Assembly (NCBI GenBank): GCA_040398005.1
Contig: JBBAUX010000001.1
Location: forward strand, 104,631-163,389
Reading direction: 5' to 3'
DNA: 58,759 nucleotides
Source: Opitutales bacterium
GTDB taxonomy: Bacteria > Verrucomicrobiota > Verrucomicrobiia > Opitutales > UBA953
Both the position numbers and the translations under genes were made by a program. Positions within the stretch are counted from its first letter, which is position 1, and the number at the start of each line of letters is the position of its first letter. A model generated the notes under the pieces. The model saw nothing but the letters and a program-made list of their open reading frames with translations. It ran no database searches and was not told the origin of the DNA. Positions 50,099 to 58,759 of the stretch are shown piece by piece.

Positions 50099-50128
50099 AA
50101 AGAAGCCCGAGAAATCTCGGGCTTCTTT
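50099..50128. terminator. Bidirectional terminator closing the act/cco-like operon
   Basis: aaagaagcccgag-aaat-ctcgggcttcttt. Confidence 0.88.
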
Positions 50129-50147
50129 ATGTTTACTTAAAACAGGC

Positions 50148-50477
50148 TTAGGAGTGCTTCTTGATGAAGGCAGCGATGTCGCTTTTCGGACGTGCCCCGA
50201 CGATTTTATCAACCACTTGTCCGTTCTTAAAAAGGAACAGCGCAGGGATGGAGGTGACGCCGAGTTGGGCCGCTAAAGGCTGGTTAGTGTCTACGTCTAC
50301 TTTGCAGATTTTGACTGAGCCTGACATCTCAGTGGCCAGTTGGTCTAAGACGGGACCTAATTGCTTGCAGGGTCCACACCAGGTGGCCCAGAAGTCTACC
50401 AGCACCGGTACGGTTGCTGATTTGATGGTAGACTCAAACGTGGTAGCGTCGAGGTTGTCGATGAGATCGGAAGCCAT
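50148..50477 (-). CDS. trxA: Thioredoxin
   Basis: VDFWATWCGPCK. Confidence 0.97.
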   Translation of the reverse strand: MASDLIDNLDATTFESTIKSATVPVLVDFWATWCGPCKQLGPVLDQLATEMSGSVKICKVDVDTNQPLAAQLGVTSIPALFLFKNGQVVDKIVGARPKSDIAAFIKKHS

Positions 50478-50482
50478 AAAAA

Positions 50483-50821
50483 TTATCCCTTAGTTTTAAC
50501 GAAGAGTTCTAATAATAAAAATGCAAAAGCCGCGATGGAAGCGACCAAGCCAAGAACGTCAAACGAAGCTTCTAAAGTTGAAACGCTGCCACTGGGTTCT
50601 GATGAAATGGTGGGTGCGATTCGTGGTGCGGAGGCTCCAACTACTGGTGGGCGAGGAATCGCAGCGGCAGGCGGTGGAGGAGGAATCGAACCAGCACTCG
50701 GAGGAGGTGGGGGGACGAATGCACCAGCAGGCTTATTGAGCTTCAACTTAGGAGCCGAATTAGCATCACCCTCAGAAGATGGGGGCGGAGGAGGTGGTGG
50801 AGGAGGGGTCTCTAGGCTCAT
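50483..50821 (-). CDS. Proline-rich small protein with C-terminal TM helix
   Basis: Poly-Pro tracts and hydrophobic tail; 5 bp from trxA. Confidence 0.65.
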   Translation of the reverse strand: MSLETPPPPPPPPPSSEGDANSAPKLKLNKPAGAFVPPPPPSAGSIPPPPPAAAIPRPPVVGASAPRIAPTISSEPSGSVSTLEASFDVLGLVASIAAFAFLLLELFVKTKG

Positions 50822-50888
50822 CGTTGAAGTCAGTTATCAAGTGCTGGAATGGGGGTGAGTCAATCAGTCAGTAAGAGATTTTGTCGTC

Positions 50889-51134
50889 TTAATCGGCCCG
50901 TTCATGTTTACGCAAAAGGTCAGCGATTTCCTGGGGATCGGCGGTGGGAATTGTCCGACCCTTCCGTTGCAGGTCTTCGACGGTTTTAATCACGGTTTCG
51001 GTCATTCTCTCGTGGGTTTCATTGGATCCACCCACTAACGAGAAGCCTTCACCCTTGGTAATGCGCTTATGGTCGTCGGCATGATCCAACCCAAGACCGA
51101 GTAGGTGATGCTGATTCTTTTGTTTGCCCGCCAT
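50889..51134 (-). CDS. Small hypothetical protein
   Basis: LLGLGLD...HKRIT.G..F.LVGGS.ETHERM pattern; fits the operon. Confidence 0.7.
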   Translation of the reverse strand: MAGKQKNQHHLLGLGLDHADDHKRITKGEGFSLVGGSNETHERMTETVIKTVEDLQRKGRTIPTADPQEIADLLRKHERAD

Positions 51135-51177
51135 AGAGAATACCTAAAGAGGAAAATGTAAAATTTCAAACCGTTAC

Positions 51178-52038
51178 CTAATTTGGCTCTCCCGTGGGCT
51201 CATCAAATTCGGATGGTGTCGCCAAAGGTTGCGAAGAACTGTCGGCCGGGTTTTTTAAAGGCTTGGTACAAAAGATATCTTGGAAATTTATTTCCTGTTC
51301 CAATTCGAGTGAACCTAGGCGTGCCAGTTCCAAGCAGGCGAGAAAAGTAGCTACTAAATAAGCAATCGTGGGACGTTCGGGTAAGAGACTCGTAAAATTA
51401 AATTTGGATTCAGCATTTAATCGATTTAAAATATATTCCATGCGATCGGATACGGTCACGATTTCAACAGAGAGATTGCCCGGTTGAATTTTTTCAGCGA
51501 GTCGTCGAAGGACTAAATTAAAAGTATTCCACAGTTCGATGCGGTCAGCCGGGGCCACGGGACGAATCACGGCATCTTCGCCCTGAGGCTGTAATACATA
51601 GCGGCTAAGGAGCCCTTGGCGTTCATCGGCTAGTTGGCGAATGATAGCGGCCGTTTCCTTGACCCGTTTATATTGAATGAGCTGTTGGACCAGGGCCCAG
51701 CGTGGGTCGTTGCCTTGGTCGTGCGTCGTGTCTAATTCGTCGGGCCGACTTTCCACCGGGAGCAACATGCGACTTTTAATATACATCAACGTCGCGGCCA
51801 TCACGAAAAACTCACCGGCTAACTCGAGATTATCTTTTTCTTGATTACGCAGGATGTCGAGGAACTGAAGGGTGACTTTCTCAATCGGTATATCATAAAT
51901 ATCGATTTCGTTTTTTCTGATTAGGAAAAGTAAGAGATCGAGCGGACCTTCAAAATTATCGAGACGAATCGATAAATCTGCCGGTGGTAAGAGACCATCC
52001 GTGGGCAGGGTGGAGGAAGTTTCGGTAGGGTCCGCCAC
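51178..52038 (-). CDS. scpA: Segregation and condensation protein A
   Basis: FEGPLDLLLFLIRKNEIDIYDIPI, MAATLMYIKSRMLLP, TFLACLEL. Confidence 0.95.
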   Translation of the reverse strand: MADPTETSSTLPTDGLLPPADLSIRLDNFEGPLDLLLFLIRKNEIDIYDIPIEKVTLQFLDILRNQEKDNLELAGEFFVMAATLMYIKSRMLLPVESRPDELDTTHDQGNDPRWALVQQLIQYKRVKETAAIIRQLADERQGLLSRYVLQPQGEDAVIRPVAPADRIELWNTFNLVLRRLAEKIQPGNLSVEIVTVSDRMEYILNRLNAESKFNFTSLLPERPTIAYLVATFLACLELARLGSLELEQEINFQDIFCTKPLKNPADSSSQPLATPSEFDEPTGEPN

Positions 52039-52040
52039 GT

Positions 52041-54206
52041 TTAGAATTTGAAGAGGCGCACTCTTACTTGGGCGCCGAGTGAACCATCATTGAAAGCAGA
52101 AACGCGCTTTTGGAAACTGTATTCAATTTCCCAAGAGTTACCGATGCGCTGAATCAAGCCAATCGACTGGTAAGTATAAGCTTTAGCGATGGCGTCATAA
52201 TTAACGGTCATTAAAGCGGAGAAGGTAGAATTTAATTTAACTTCACCCGCGACCCAGAGCTGTTTGGCGGGATCGGCTCCTTGTTTTAATTCGAACCAAC
52301 CCACGGAAGCTTTCCAGAAATCGCCCGAATTAAAAGCGATGGATTGGAGTGACTCAACATTGCCTCCGCCGTTTTTGGCGAAACGGGAGTAGGAATCAAT
52401 CGTGACCCAGTTAGCCGGTGTTAAGCGGAGATGAGTTTGAATATCTGAATCTGTCTTGCCGAGTGATTTATCCGCATTGGACCAGTCTTTGGTAATATCA
52501 AAACGGGCTAATTCACGTGTGCCCATTTCGGTATCACGTGTGGCTAAGGTATTTCTAAATCCGACTCGTCCGACTTGGGTGGCAGTGTTTGCCCCGGCAT
52601 CCGGACGATCGGCGAGGTCTAGTTCGCGGAAGGCGGAAAAGGCTACATCGCGTTCGGAAAGTGGAATTTTACCGGTGACGTGATCAGCACCAGGGAGATA
52701 GCGGTATTGGATAAATGGACGTAACGCGTGACGCATTCCATTGATCGACCAGTGGTCAGCTTTTAAATTCCATGAACCCGTGGCGAGACCTTCCACATCG
52801 AAGCCCACCTGTCCGACGGCTTTGGAAACGCTGCCCGTATTAGTTAAATTGGATGACCATGCAGTGGCGCGGGCGCCGACTACGGGCTTGAATGTTATGT
52901 AATTACGAACCGTTAAAGGATATGTAATACCGTAGTAAGCATCGTAACGTGCGGTCGACCAAGCCTCGGTGGCGCCCGTTTCGGTAGTGAAATTGGGTAA
53001 GGGTAGGGCCGCCGAGGGACGTTCGGTTAGATAAGAAGCTGAGACAAAAGCACGGTGATTGAAAGGAGTTCCCTCAATCGCTCTCTCTGTTAAATCATAA
53101 CGCAGCTCAGGTAATTTTTGAGCAACGTCTTGATAGTTGTCGGCCTTAGCAATCACCGTTGCGGAGAGATAGCCTTGTGCGAGTGGCTTGGTTACTTCGA
53201 AGCTAGCTTGCGGGAGACCAATTCCGATAATTTCTCGCGGACGGAAAGAGCGGATAAAATTAGGATCCGAGGTGAGATAAAATTGACCTGCGAAATCGAA
53301 ATCGTTGGTGGTGTGACCATTAATATTTCCGATAAGAAATCCCCGATTCGCATCAGGCGTGCGGCCATAAATATCGTTCTCTAAAACATTACGATCATTG
53401 ATGTACCCCGATTTTAAGTCCCCCCGCCAAACGGCTCCGTCCTTCGTTGTTTTGCTGTTATCGTAACGAAGGGCTGGACCAATCAGAAAGCCCGATTTGC
53501 TGTAATAATCTAACAATGCACCGACCCACAGGGATTTGCTTTGTCGAACTAAAGTAGTGGTGCGGAGGTAACGTCCTTGGGGTTCCTGCGAGCCCGTATT
53601 GAGCTCAATACCGTATGGAATATCGTGATAACCGTCTTGTCCGTAATAAGGTAAATAAAAGAAAGGAATGCCGGCGAGATGGGGCACGACACCTTTGAAG
53701 GTTAACCAATCCTCTTTATCAGAATAATGAGCTTCATTAATTTTTAAATTCATGCCATAGGCATGTGGTTCATTATTCCACATGCGTACACCTTTCATAG
53801 TGCGATCTCCGTTTTGTATCCGAATTTCTTCGGCCGTAAAATAAATCGGGTTGCGGCCCAGTTTTACATTATAGGCGACGACTAAATCGATTTTGGGATT
53901 CATGGTCACCCGTTCGCCCATGATACGTAAATTTTTTGTGGTATAAACCACATCGCCTTGCGCATCGATAATTCCCGTCTCCGAATTGAAAGAGATTTTT
54001 TTGGCAGCAAGGTGCGCGCCATTCGCCTCCACGCTGGCATCCACGGCGACGAGAACTTTTCCATTCTCTTCATAAGTGAAACTTTCTCCTTGGACGTTTG
54101 AGTTCTTGGCGATCTCGGGTGTGACATTTGTTGTCGAGTCCGCCGCCATGACTGCGATGCCGCAGAAAAGGAAGGTTAGGAGTGTGCTGAGGGTTCGACC
54201 AGGCAT
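52041..54206 (-). CDS. lptD: LPS-assembly outer-membrane protein LptD-like
   Basis: Signal peptide, OstA-like N-domain, IPFFYLPY, QKLPE, beta-barrel ending in F. Confidence 0.75.
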   Translation of the reverse strand: MPGRTLSTLLTFLFCGIAVMAADSTTNVTPEIAKNSNVQGESFTYEENGKVLVAVDASVEANGAHLAAKKISFNSETGIIDAQGDVVYTTKNLRIMGERVTMNPKIDLVVAYNVKLGRNPIYFTAEEIRIQNGDRTMKGVRMWNNEPHAYGMNLKINEAHYSDKEDWLTFKGVVPHLAGIPFFYLPYYGQDGYHDIPYGIELNTGSQEPQGRYLRTTTLVRQSKSLWVGALLDYYSKSGFLIGPALRYDNSKTTKDGAVWRGDLKSGYINDRNVLENDIYGRTPDANRGFLIGNINGHTTNDFDFAGQFYLTSDPNFIRSFRPREIIGIGLPQASFEVTKPLAQGYLSATVIAKADNYQDVAQKLPELRYDLTERAIEGTPFNHRAFVSASYLTERPSAALPLPNFTTETGATEAWSTARYDAYYGITYPLTVRNYITFKPVVGARATAWSSNLTNTGSVSKAVGQVGFDVEGLATGSWNLKADHWSINGMRHALRPFIQYRYLPGADHVTGKIPLSERDVAFSAFRELDLADRPDAGANTATQVGRVGFRNTLATRDTEMGTRELARFDITKDWSNADKSLGKTDSDIQTHLRLTPANWVTIDSYSRFAKNGGGNVESLQSIAFNSGDFWKASVGWFELKQGADPAKQLWVAGEVKLNSTFSALMTVNYDAIAKAYTYQSIGLIQRIGNSWEIEYSFQKRVSAFNDGSLGAQVRVRLFKF

Positions 54207-54296
54207 TTGCTCCAGACTTGGCGATTAGGGCATTCTCTCAAGTATTTTCGGGCAATGAGCGCTTGCGGGCATACGATTGTCGTGGATTATCGGCCT

Positions 54297-56489
54297 ATGC
54301 ACCTAAACCAAGCTGAGCTGACTCGCCTCGTTGAGGGCAAGGAAAGCTCACCTCACCGCTTTTTAGGGCTCCATTTGCTTTCCCAAGGGGTGTACGTGGT
54401 TAGGGCATTATTACCCGGAGCAACCTCTTGTGAACTGATCAAAGAAGGTGAAAGCAAAAGCATCCCGATAAAAAAAATTCATTCCCTCGGGATCTTTGAG
54501 GAAGAAATTAAATCGAAAGCCTCTTTCCGGTATCAATTCAAAGTTACTTATCCGGAAAAAAACACTCACCTCCTCGAAGACCCTTACCGTTTTCTGCCGA
54601 CGCTATCAGAGTCGGATTTATTTTTAATAGGCAAGGGTGATGATCATAAAGTTTATCATAAGCTAGGTTCGCACCTGGCGACGATTGATGGAGTCAAAGG
54701 CGTTCGCTTCGCCGTCTGGGCTCCCTCGGCGCGCTGTGTTTCCTTAGTGGGTAATCATAATTTCTGGAATGGTCGCGCCCACCCGATGCGACTTTTGGGT
54801 GCTTCGGGGATTTGGGAGATTTTTATTCCAGGTCTCATCGCGGGTGCTTGCTATAAATATGAAATTCTCGGCCCGGCTGACGAAACTCCGTTTTTAAAAA
54901 CGGATCCCTGCGCCTTAAGTTTTGAACCTCCACCGCATCACGCCGCCGTGGTTTGTGATCTATCGACGTTTAACTGGCAGGACTCGGAGTGGATGAAAAA
55001 AAGATGCCTGCAGCCTTCTCGCCAACAGCCTGTATCGATTTACGAAGTTCACTTGGGTTCATGGCGTCGAGTGCCCGAAGATAATAATCGCCCATTAAAT
55101 TACCGAGAATTGGGTCAACAGCTGGCCGAATACTGTAATCGACTTGGTTTTACGCATGTCGAATTAATGCCTCCCACCGAGCATCCGTTTGACGGCTCGT
55201 GGGGCTATCAAGTAACTGGATTTTACGCACCGACACATCGATTTGGCTCACCGCTAGATTTCATGACGCTCGTCGATACCTTACACCGAGCAAACATCGG
55301 TGTGATTATGGACTGGGTTCCCGCGCACTTCCCAAAAGACACTTTTGCCCTTGCGCAGTTTGATGGTACTCACTTGTACGAACACGCCGATCCGCGCCTT
55401 GGCGAACATCAAGACTGGGGCACCTTGATTTTTAATTACGCTCGTCACGAAGTTCGTGGATTTTTGGTGGGCTCAGCGCTTTCGTGGTTGGACCTCTTTC
55501 ACATCGATGGCCTGCGCGTGGATGCAGTCGCTTCGATGTTGTACCTGGACTACTCAAGAAAACAGGATGAGTGGATTCCTAATCAACACGGCGGACGAGA
55601 AAATTTAGCAGCGATTGAGTTTTTAAAACAAACGAATGCCCTCGTGCATCTTTATCATCCTGGCGCCATCACCATCGCCGAAGAATCCACTTCATATCCT
55701 GGCGTGACTAAACCGATTGCCGAGGGAGGTTTAAATTTTGATTACAAATGGAACATGGGCTGGATGCACGATAGCTTGAACTACTTTAAAGAGGATCCAC
55801 TTTACCGGAAATATCATCATAACAAACTCACATTTGGGATGCTCTACCATTGGTCAGAAGCGTTTATCCAATCGTTTTCCCACGATGAAGTAGTCCACGG
55901 AAAAGGTTCACTCATGGGCAAAATGGGCGGGGGTGACTTTCATCATAAAGCCGCTAATCTTCGATGCTTATTAGCCTTACAGTGGGCTTGGCCTGGTAAG
56001 AAATCATTATTTATGGGATGTGAGTTCGGACAGGTAGCAGAGTGGAGTCACTCGCGTTCCCTCGACTGGCATCTCTTACAATATCCACTACACGAAGGTA
56101 TCCAAAAGTTAGTCACGGATTTAAATGCGCTTTATAAAAAAGATAAGACCATCGCGGAGCGAGATTTTGACTCCCAAGGTTTTAACTGGGTGCATGCCGA
56201 CGATGGTGATCAGAGTGTCCTTATTTTTGAACGTCATGGTTATGATTGTTCTTGGGTGGTCGTGGGTAATTTCACACCCGTTGAACGCACCTACCGATTT
56301 GGCGTGCCTTGTTTGGGTAAATGGGAAGAAGCCATTAATACCGACTCCAGTTATTATGCTGGCAAGGGTAGTGGAAATTTAGGCGGCGTGGTTTCAGAAA
56401 AAATCCCCGCCCATGGCCGCTCACAGTCCATTGAAGTTTGCCTACCCGGACTTTCCGTCGTCATTTTTAGACAGAAAACAAAGGGTTAA
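54297..56489 (+). CDS. glgB: 1,4-alpha-glucan branching enzyme
   Basis: FAVWAP, IYEVHLGSW, SWGYQ, DWVPAHF, DGLRVDAVASM, AEEST, SHDEVVHGK. Confidence 0.97.
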   Translation: MHLNQAELTRLVEGKESSPHRFLGLHLLSQGVYVVRALLPGATSCELIKEGESKSIPIKKIHSLGIFEEEIKSKASFRYQFKVTYPEKNTHLLEDPYRFLPTLSESDLFLIGKGDDHKVYHKLGSHLATIDGVKGVRFAVWAPSARCVSLVGNHNFWNGRAHPMRLLGASGIWEIFIPGLIAGACYKYEILGPADETPFLKTDPCALSFEPPPHHAAVVCDLSTFNWQDSEWMKKRCLQPSRQQPVSIYEVHLGSWRRVPEDNNRPLNYRELGQQLAEYCNRLGFTHVELMPPTEHPFDGSWGYQVTGFYAPTHRFGSPLDFMTLVDTLHRANIGVIMDWVPAHFPKDTFALAQFDGTHLYEHADPRLGEHQDWGTLIFNYARHEVRGFLVGSALSWLDLFHIDGLRVDAVASMLYLDYSRKQDEWIPNQHGGRENLAAIEFLKQTNALVHLYHPGAITIAEESTSYPGVTKPIAEGGLNFDYKWNMGWMHDSLNYFKEDPLYRKYHHNKLTFGMLYHWSEAFIQSFSHDEVVHGKGSLMGKMGGGDFHHKAANLRCLLALQWAWPGKKSLFMGCEFGQVAEWSHSRSLDWHLLQYPLHEGIQKLVTDLNALYKKDKTIAERDFDSQGFNWVHADDGDQSVLIFERHGYDCSWVVVGNFTPVERTYRFGVPCLGKWEEAINTDSSYYAGKGSGNLGGVVSEKIPAHGRSQSIEVCLPGLSVVIFRQKTKG

Positions 56490-56491
56490 AC

Positions 56492-56800
56492 ATGATACCA
56501 CGTTCCGAAACATTTCGTGCACTGGTCGAGTCTGACCCGAGTAATCCACTCTTCCGTTTTTCACTAGGCCAAGCCTTCTTTCAGGAAAGTAATTTTCCAG
56601 CCGCGGTGGAACATTTACACAAAGCGGCGGAGGGTAAAGCCGATTGGATGATGCCGCGTATTCTTCTCGGAAAAACTTATTTGCATTTAGGGCAAAAAAA
56701 CTTAGCCAAAGTTGCCTTTCAAGAAGCACTTAAGCTCGCCGTGACTCAAGGTCACGAGGATCCCGAAGCCGAACTTCGCCAACTACTTTCTACTCTTTAA
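56492..56800 (+). CDS. Small TPR protein
   Basis: LFRFSLGQAF...ILLGKTYLHLG TPR-like helices. Confidence 0.75.
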   Translation: MIPRSETFRALVESDPSNPLFRFSLGQAFFQESNFPAAVEHLHKAAEGKADWMMPRILLGKTYLHLGQKNLAKVAFQEALKLAVTQGHEDPEAELRQLLSTL

Positions 56801-56805
56801 TCCAC

Positions 56806-57219
56806 ATGCCAATTTCTTTACTCTTTAAATTATTACCATCTATCGACTTGGCCATGGCCGCGGTCGCTTGGTTAATTTATTTTTGTACGTACCCTGATTT
56901 TGCTCGCTGGCGCAGTGAGAACTTTCGCGAACATCACCAAAGTTACACCAGTCGCGTCGGCTGGGTAGTCGGCCCATTACTCCTTTTACAGATCGTCGGA
57001 CATTTTCTGGTGTGGCGAAGTGGCGCCCCGGTGACGGGCTTTGCCTTGGTCGTCCTCACTTGGGTTTTTACGGCGATCTGGTCCATTCCCGCACACCGTC
57101 GATTACAGCAAGAAGGCTATAATCTAGAGGTGATTAATTACCTAACACGTACTCATATTGTCCGCACATTAATCTGGTCTGGCTTGGCGATTTACTCATT
57201 AAAAAATGCCGTAGGTTGA
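56806..57219 (+). CDS. Small integral membrane protein
   Basis: About four hydrophobic segments; YPDF, HQSYT, IPAHRRL. Confidence 0.7.
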   Translation: MPISLLFKLLPSIDLAMAAVAWLIYFCTYPDFARWRSENFREHHQSYTSRVGWVVGPLLLLQIVGHFLVWRSGAPVTGFALVVLTWVFTAIWSIPAHRRLQQEGYNLEVINYLTRTHIVRTLIWSGLAIYSLKNAVG

Positions 57220-57250
57220 CACTCGGTAGCGAATAAAAGATTTTTCACTC

Positions 57251-58528
57251 GTGTCCAGCACGTCCGCCCCAGTCAATAAATCAGCGTCTCGTATTGCTGC
57301 ACTGCGTCGTTTTTTCGGATTCGTCGGCCCAGGATTTTTAGTCGCCGTGGGTTACATGGATCCCGGTAATTGGGCGACAGACTTAGCCGGTGGTTCGGAA
57401 TTTGGCTACGCGTTATTATGGGTAATTTTATTAGCTAACTTGATGGCGATATTATTCCAGCATCTCTGCGTACGCTTACAAGTCGCCACCGGACAAGACC
57501 TCGCTCAGGCCTGTCGTGCTCGCTATTCTCCCGCGGTATCCACTTTCCTTTGGATCTCAGCGCAAATCGCAATCGTCGCCTGCGATCTAGCCGAGCTGCT
57601 GGGTTCTGCCATCGCCTTACAATTACTTTTTGGAATTCCTCTTTTCATCGGTTCACTGATTACCGCATTAGATGTGCTTGTCTTGCTCGCCTTGACCCGA
57701 CTCGGCTACCGTTGGTTGGAGTCGATTGTCCTCGTCCTAGTATTGACTATTGCCCTGTGTATTGGGGCTGAAGTGCTCATTGCTCAACCAGCGATTCACT
57801 CTGTTTTACAGGGGTTTATTCCCACCGGAGCAGTTTTCAAAAATCCCGGAATGCTTTTCATCGCCTTGGGAATTCTCGGTGCGACGGTCATGCCGCATAA
57901 TCTCTATTTGCACTCTTCTTTAGTCGGCTCACGCGATTTAGGAAAAACAGTCGAAGAGCGTAAACAAGCGATTCGATTTGCAACTTACGACTCCAGCTTT
58001 GCACTCGTCTTCGCTTTCTTTGTTAACGCAGGATTATTAATTCTAAGTGCAGCGGCCTTCCACCACGCGGGGCAAACTCCCATCACCGATATTCGCGAGG
58101 CCCATCAATTGCTCAACGGCGCCTTAGGTTCTACCATAGCAGCGACACTTTTCGCCGTAGCACTTTTGGCCTCAGGTCAGAACGCTACGATTACCGGAAC
58201 ACTTGCCGGACAAATTGTGCTCGAAGGGTTTTTGAAAATTAAAGGCAAGGCTTGGATGGTTCGGACATTCACCCGACTCGCCGCACTCGTTCCCGCACTA
58301 TTCGTGATCGCTTATGCAGGAGAAGGGAAGGCCGTTGAACTTTTACTCTGGAGCCAAGTCATCCTCAGTCTGCAACTCGGCTTCGCGTGCTGGCCTCTGG
58401 TGCGCATCACCACTGATAAAAAGCTGATGGGCACATACGTTGCCCCTGGATGGGTAAAATATTTAGGTATTATGGGGACAATTATCGTTATTTCTGCGAG
58501 TGTTTGGTTCGTTTTTTCGGTAATTTGA
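57251..58528 (+). CDS. mntH: Nramp divalent metal (Mn2+/Fe2+) transporter
   Basis: VGYMDPGNWATD, GATVMPHNLYLHS, GTLAGQ. Confidence 0.96.
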   Translation: MSSTSAPVNKSASRIAALRRFFGFVGPGFLVAVGYMDPGNWATDLAGGSEFGYALLWVILLANLMAILFQHLCVRLQVATGQDLAQACRARYSPAVSTFLWISAQIAIVACDLAELLGSAIALQLLFGIPLFIGSLITALDVLVLLALTRLGYRWLESIVLVLVLTIALCIGAEVLIAQPAIHSVLQGFIPTGAVFKNPGMLFIALGILGATVMPHNLYLHSSLVGSRDLGKTVEERKQAIRFATYDSSFALVFAFFVNAGLLILSAAAFHHAGQTPITDIREAHQLLNGALGSTIAATLFAVALLASGQNATITGTLAGQIVLEGFLKIKGKAWMVRTFTRLAALVPALFVIAYAGEGKAVELLLWSQVILSLQLGFACWPLVRITTDKKLMGTYVAPGWVKYLGIMGTIIVISASVWFVFSVI

Positions 58529-58628
58529 ATTTTATAAATAATTGATAGTTAGGATAATATGAAAATTGACTTATTTGATTGTATTCTAATCATTATAATA
58601 TAACTAAAGAAGTAATCTTTAACAAATT

Positions 58629-58759
58629 ATGCGCCAGTTAGCCGTCATCACCTTGCTCATTTTCGCCTCCATTTTGGATGCGGCCGAGGATCCTGTTACT
58701 GTGCGGGTTGGTTTCTTTCCTAACCTAACGCATTCGCCAGCGATTGCTGCACGTCAACT
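58629..58759 (+). CDS. 5' fragment of an ABC substrate-binding protein (SsuA/aliphatic-sulfonate-like), truncated by the window end
   Basis: Manual translation MRQLAVITLLIFASILDAAEDPVTVRVGFFPNLTHSPAIAARQ. Confidence 0.7.
   Translation, partial: MRQLAVITLLIFASILDAAEDPVTVRVGFFPNLTHSPAIAARQ

Overview
Bacterial chromosomal segment, most likely from a compact-genome Verrucomicrobiota (Opitutia-like) organism. This assignment is inferred from PVC-type prepilin proteins, a PVC-type CxxCH membrane dehydrogenase, type-B L31/L36 and Shine-Dalgarno-less starts. Most of the window is housekeeping: purD, LMW phosphatase-rpiB-glyA, menA, tsaD, fbaB, clpS, trpE, a sigma-70, gap-pgk-tpiA, trxA, scpA, lptD-like, glgB, mntH and two tRNA-Leu. 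Four things stand out. (1) An alternative complex III operon (actA-F) continues into a cbb3-like module whose CcoN homologue has lost all six heme/Cu histidine ligands, while its partner c-type cytochromes are intact and no catalytic oxidase subunit is present. (2) Three mosaic type IV pilin-like paralogs occur. Two are in tandem, each behind a near-identical 56-bp non-coding element, and are bracketed by octamer repeats, a 15-bp inverted repeat and a GCGAAGC hairpin. (3) The glycolytic operon carries an animal/fungal-like PGK and a kinetoplastid/spirochaete-like GAPDH. (4) An AT-rich gene downstream of tRNA-Leu(CAG) is split by a single in-frame TGA at a Gly position. No CRISPR, integrase, transposase or reverse transcriptase was seen. 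Family assignments come from motif recognition by eye, not from database searches.
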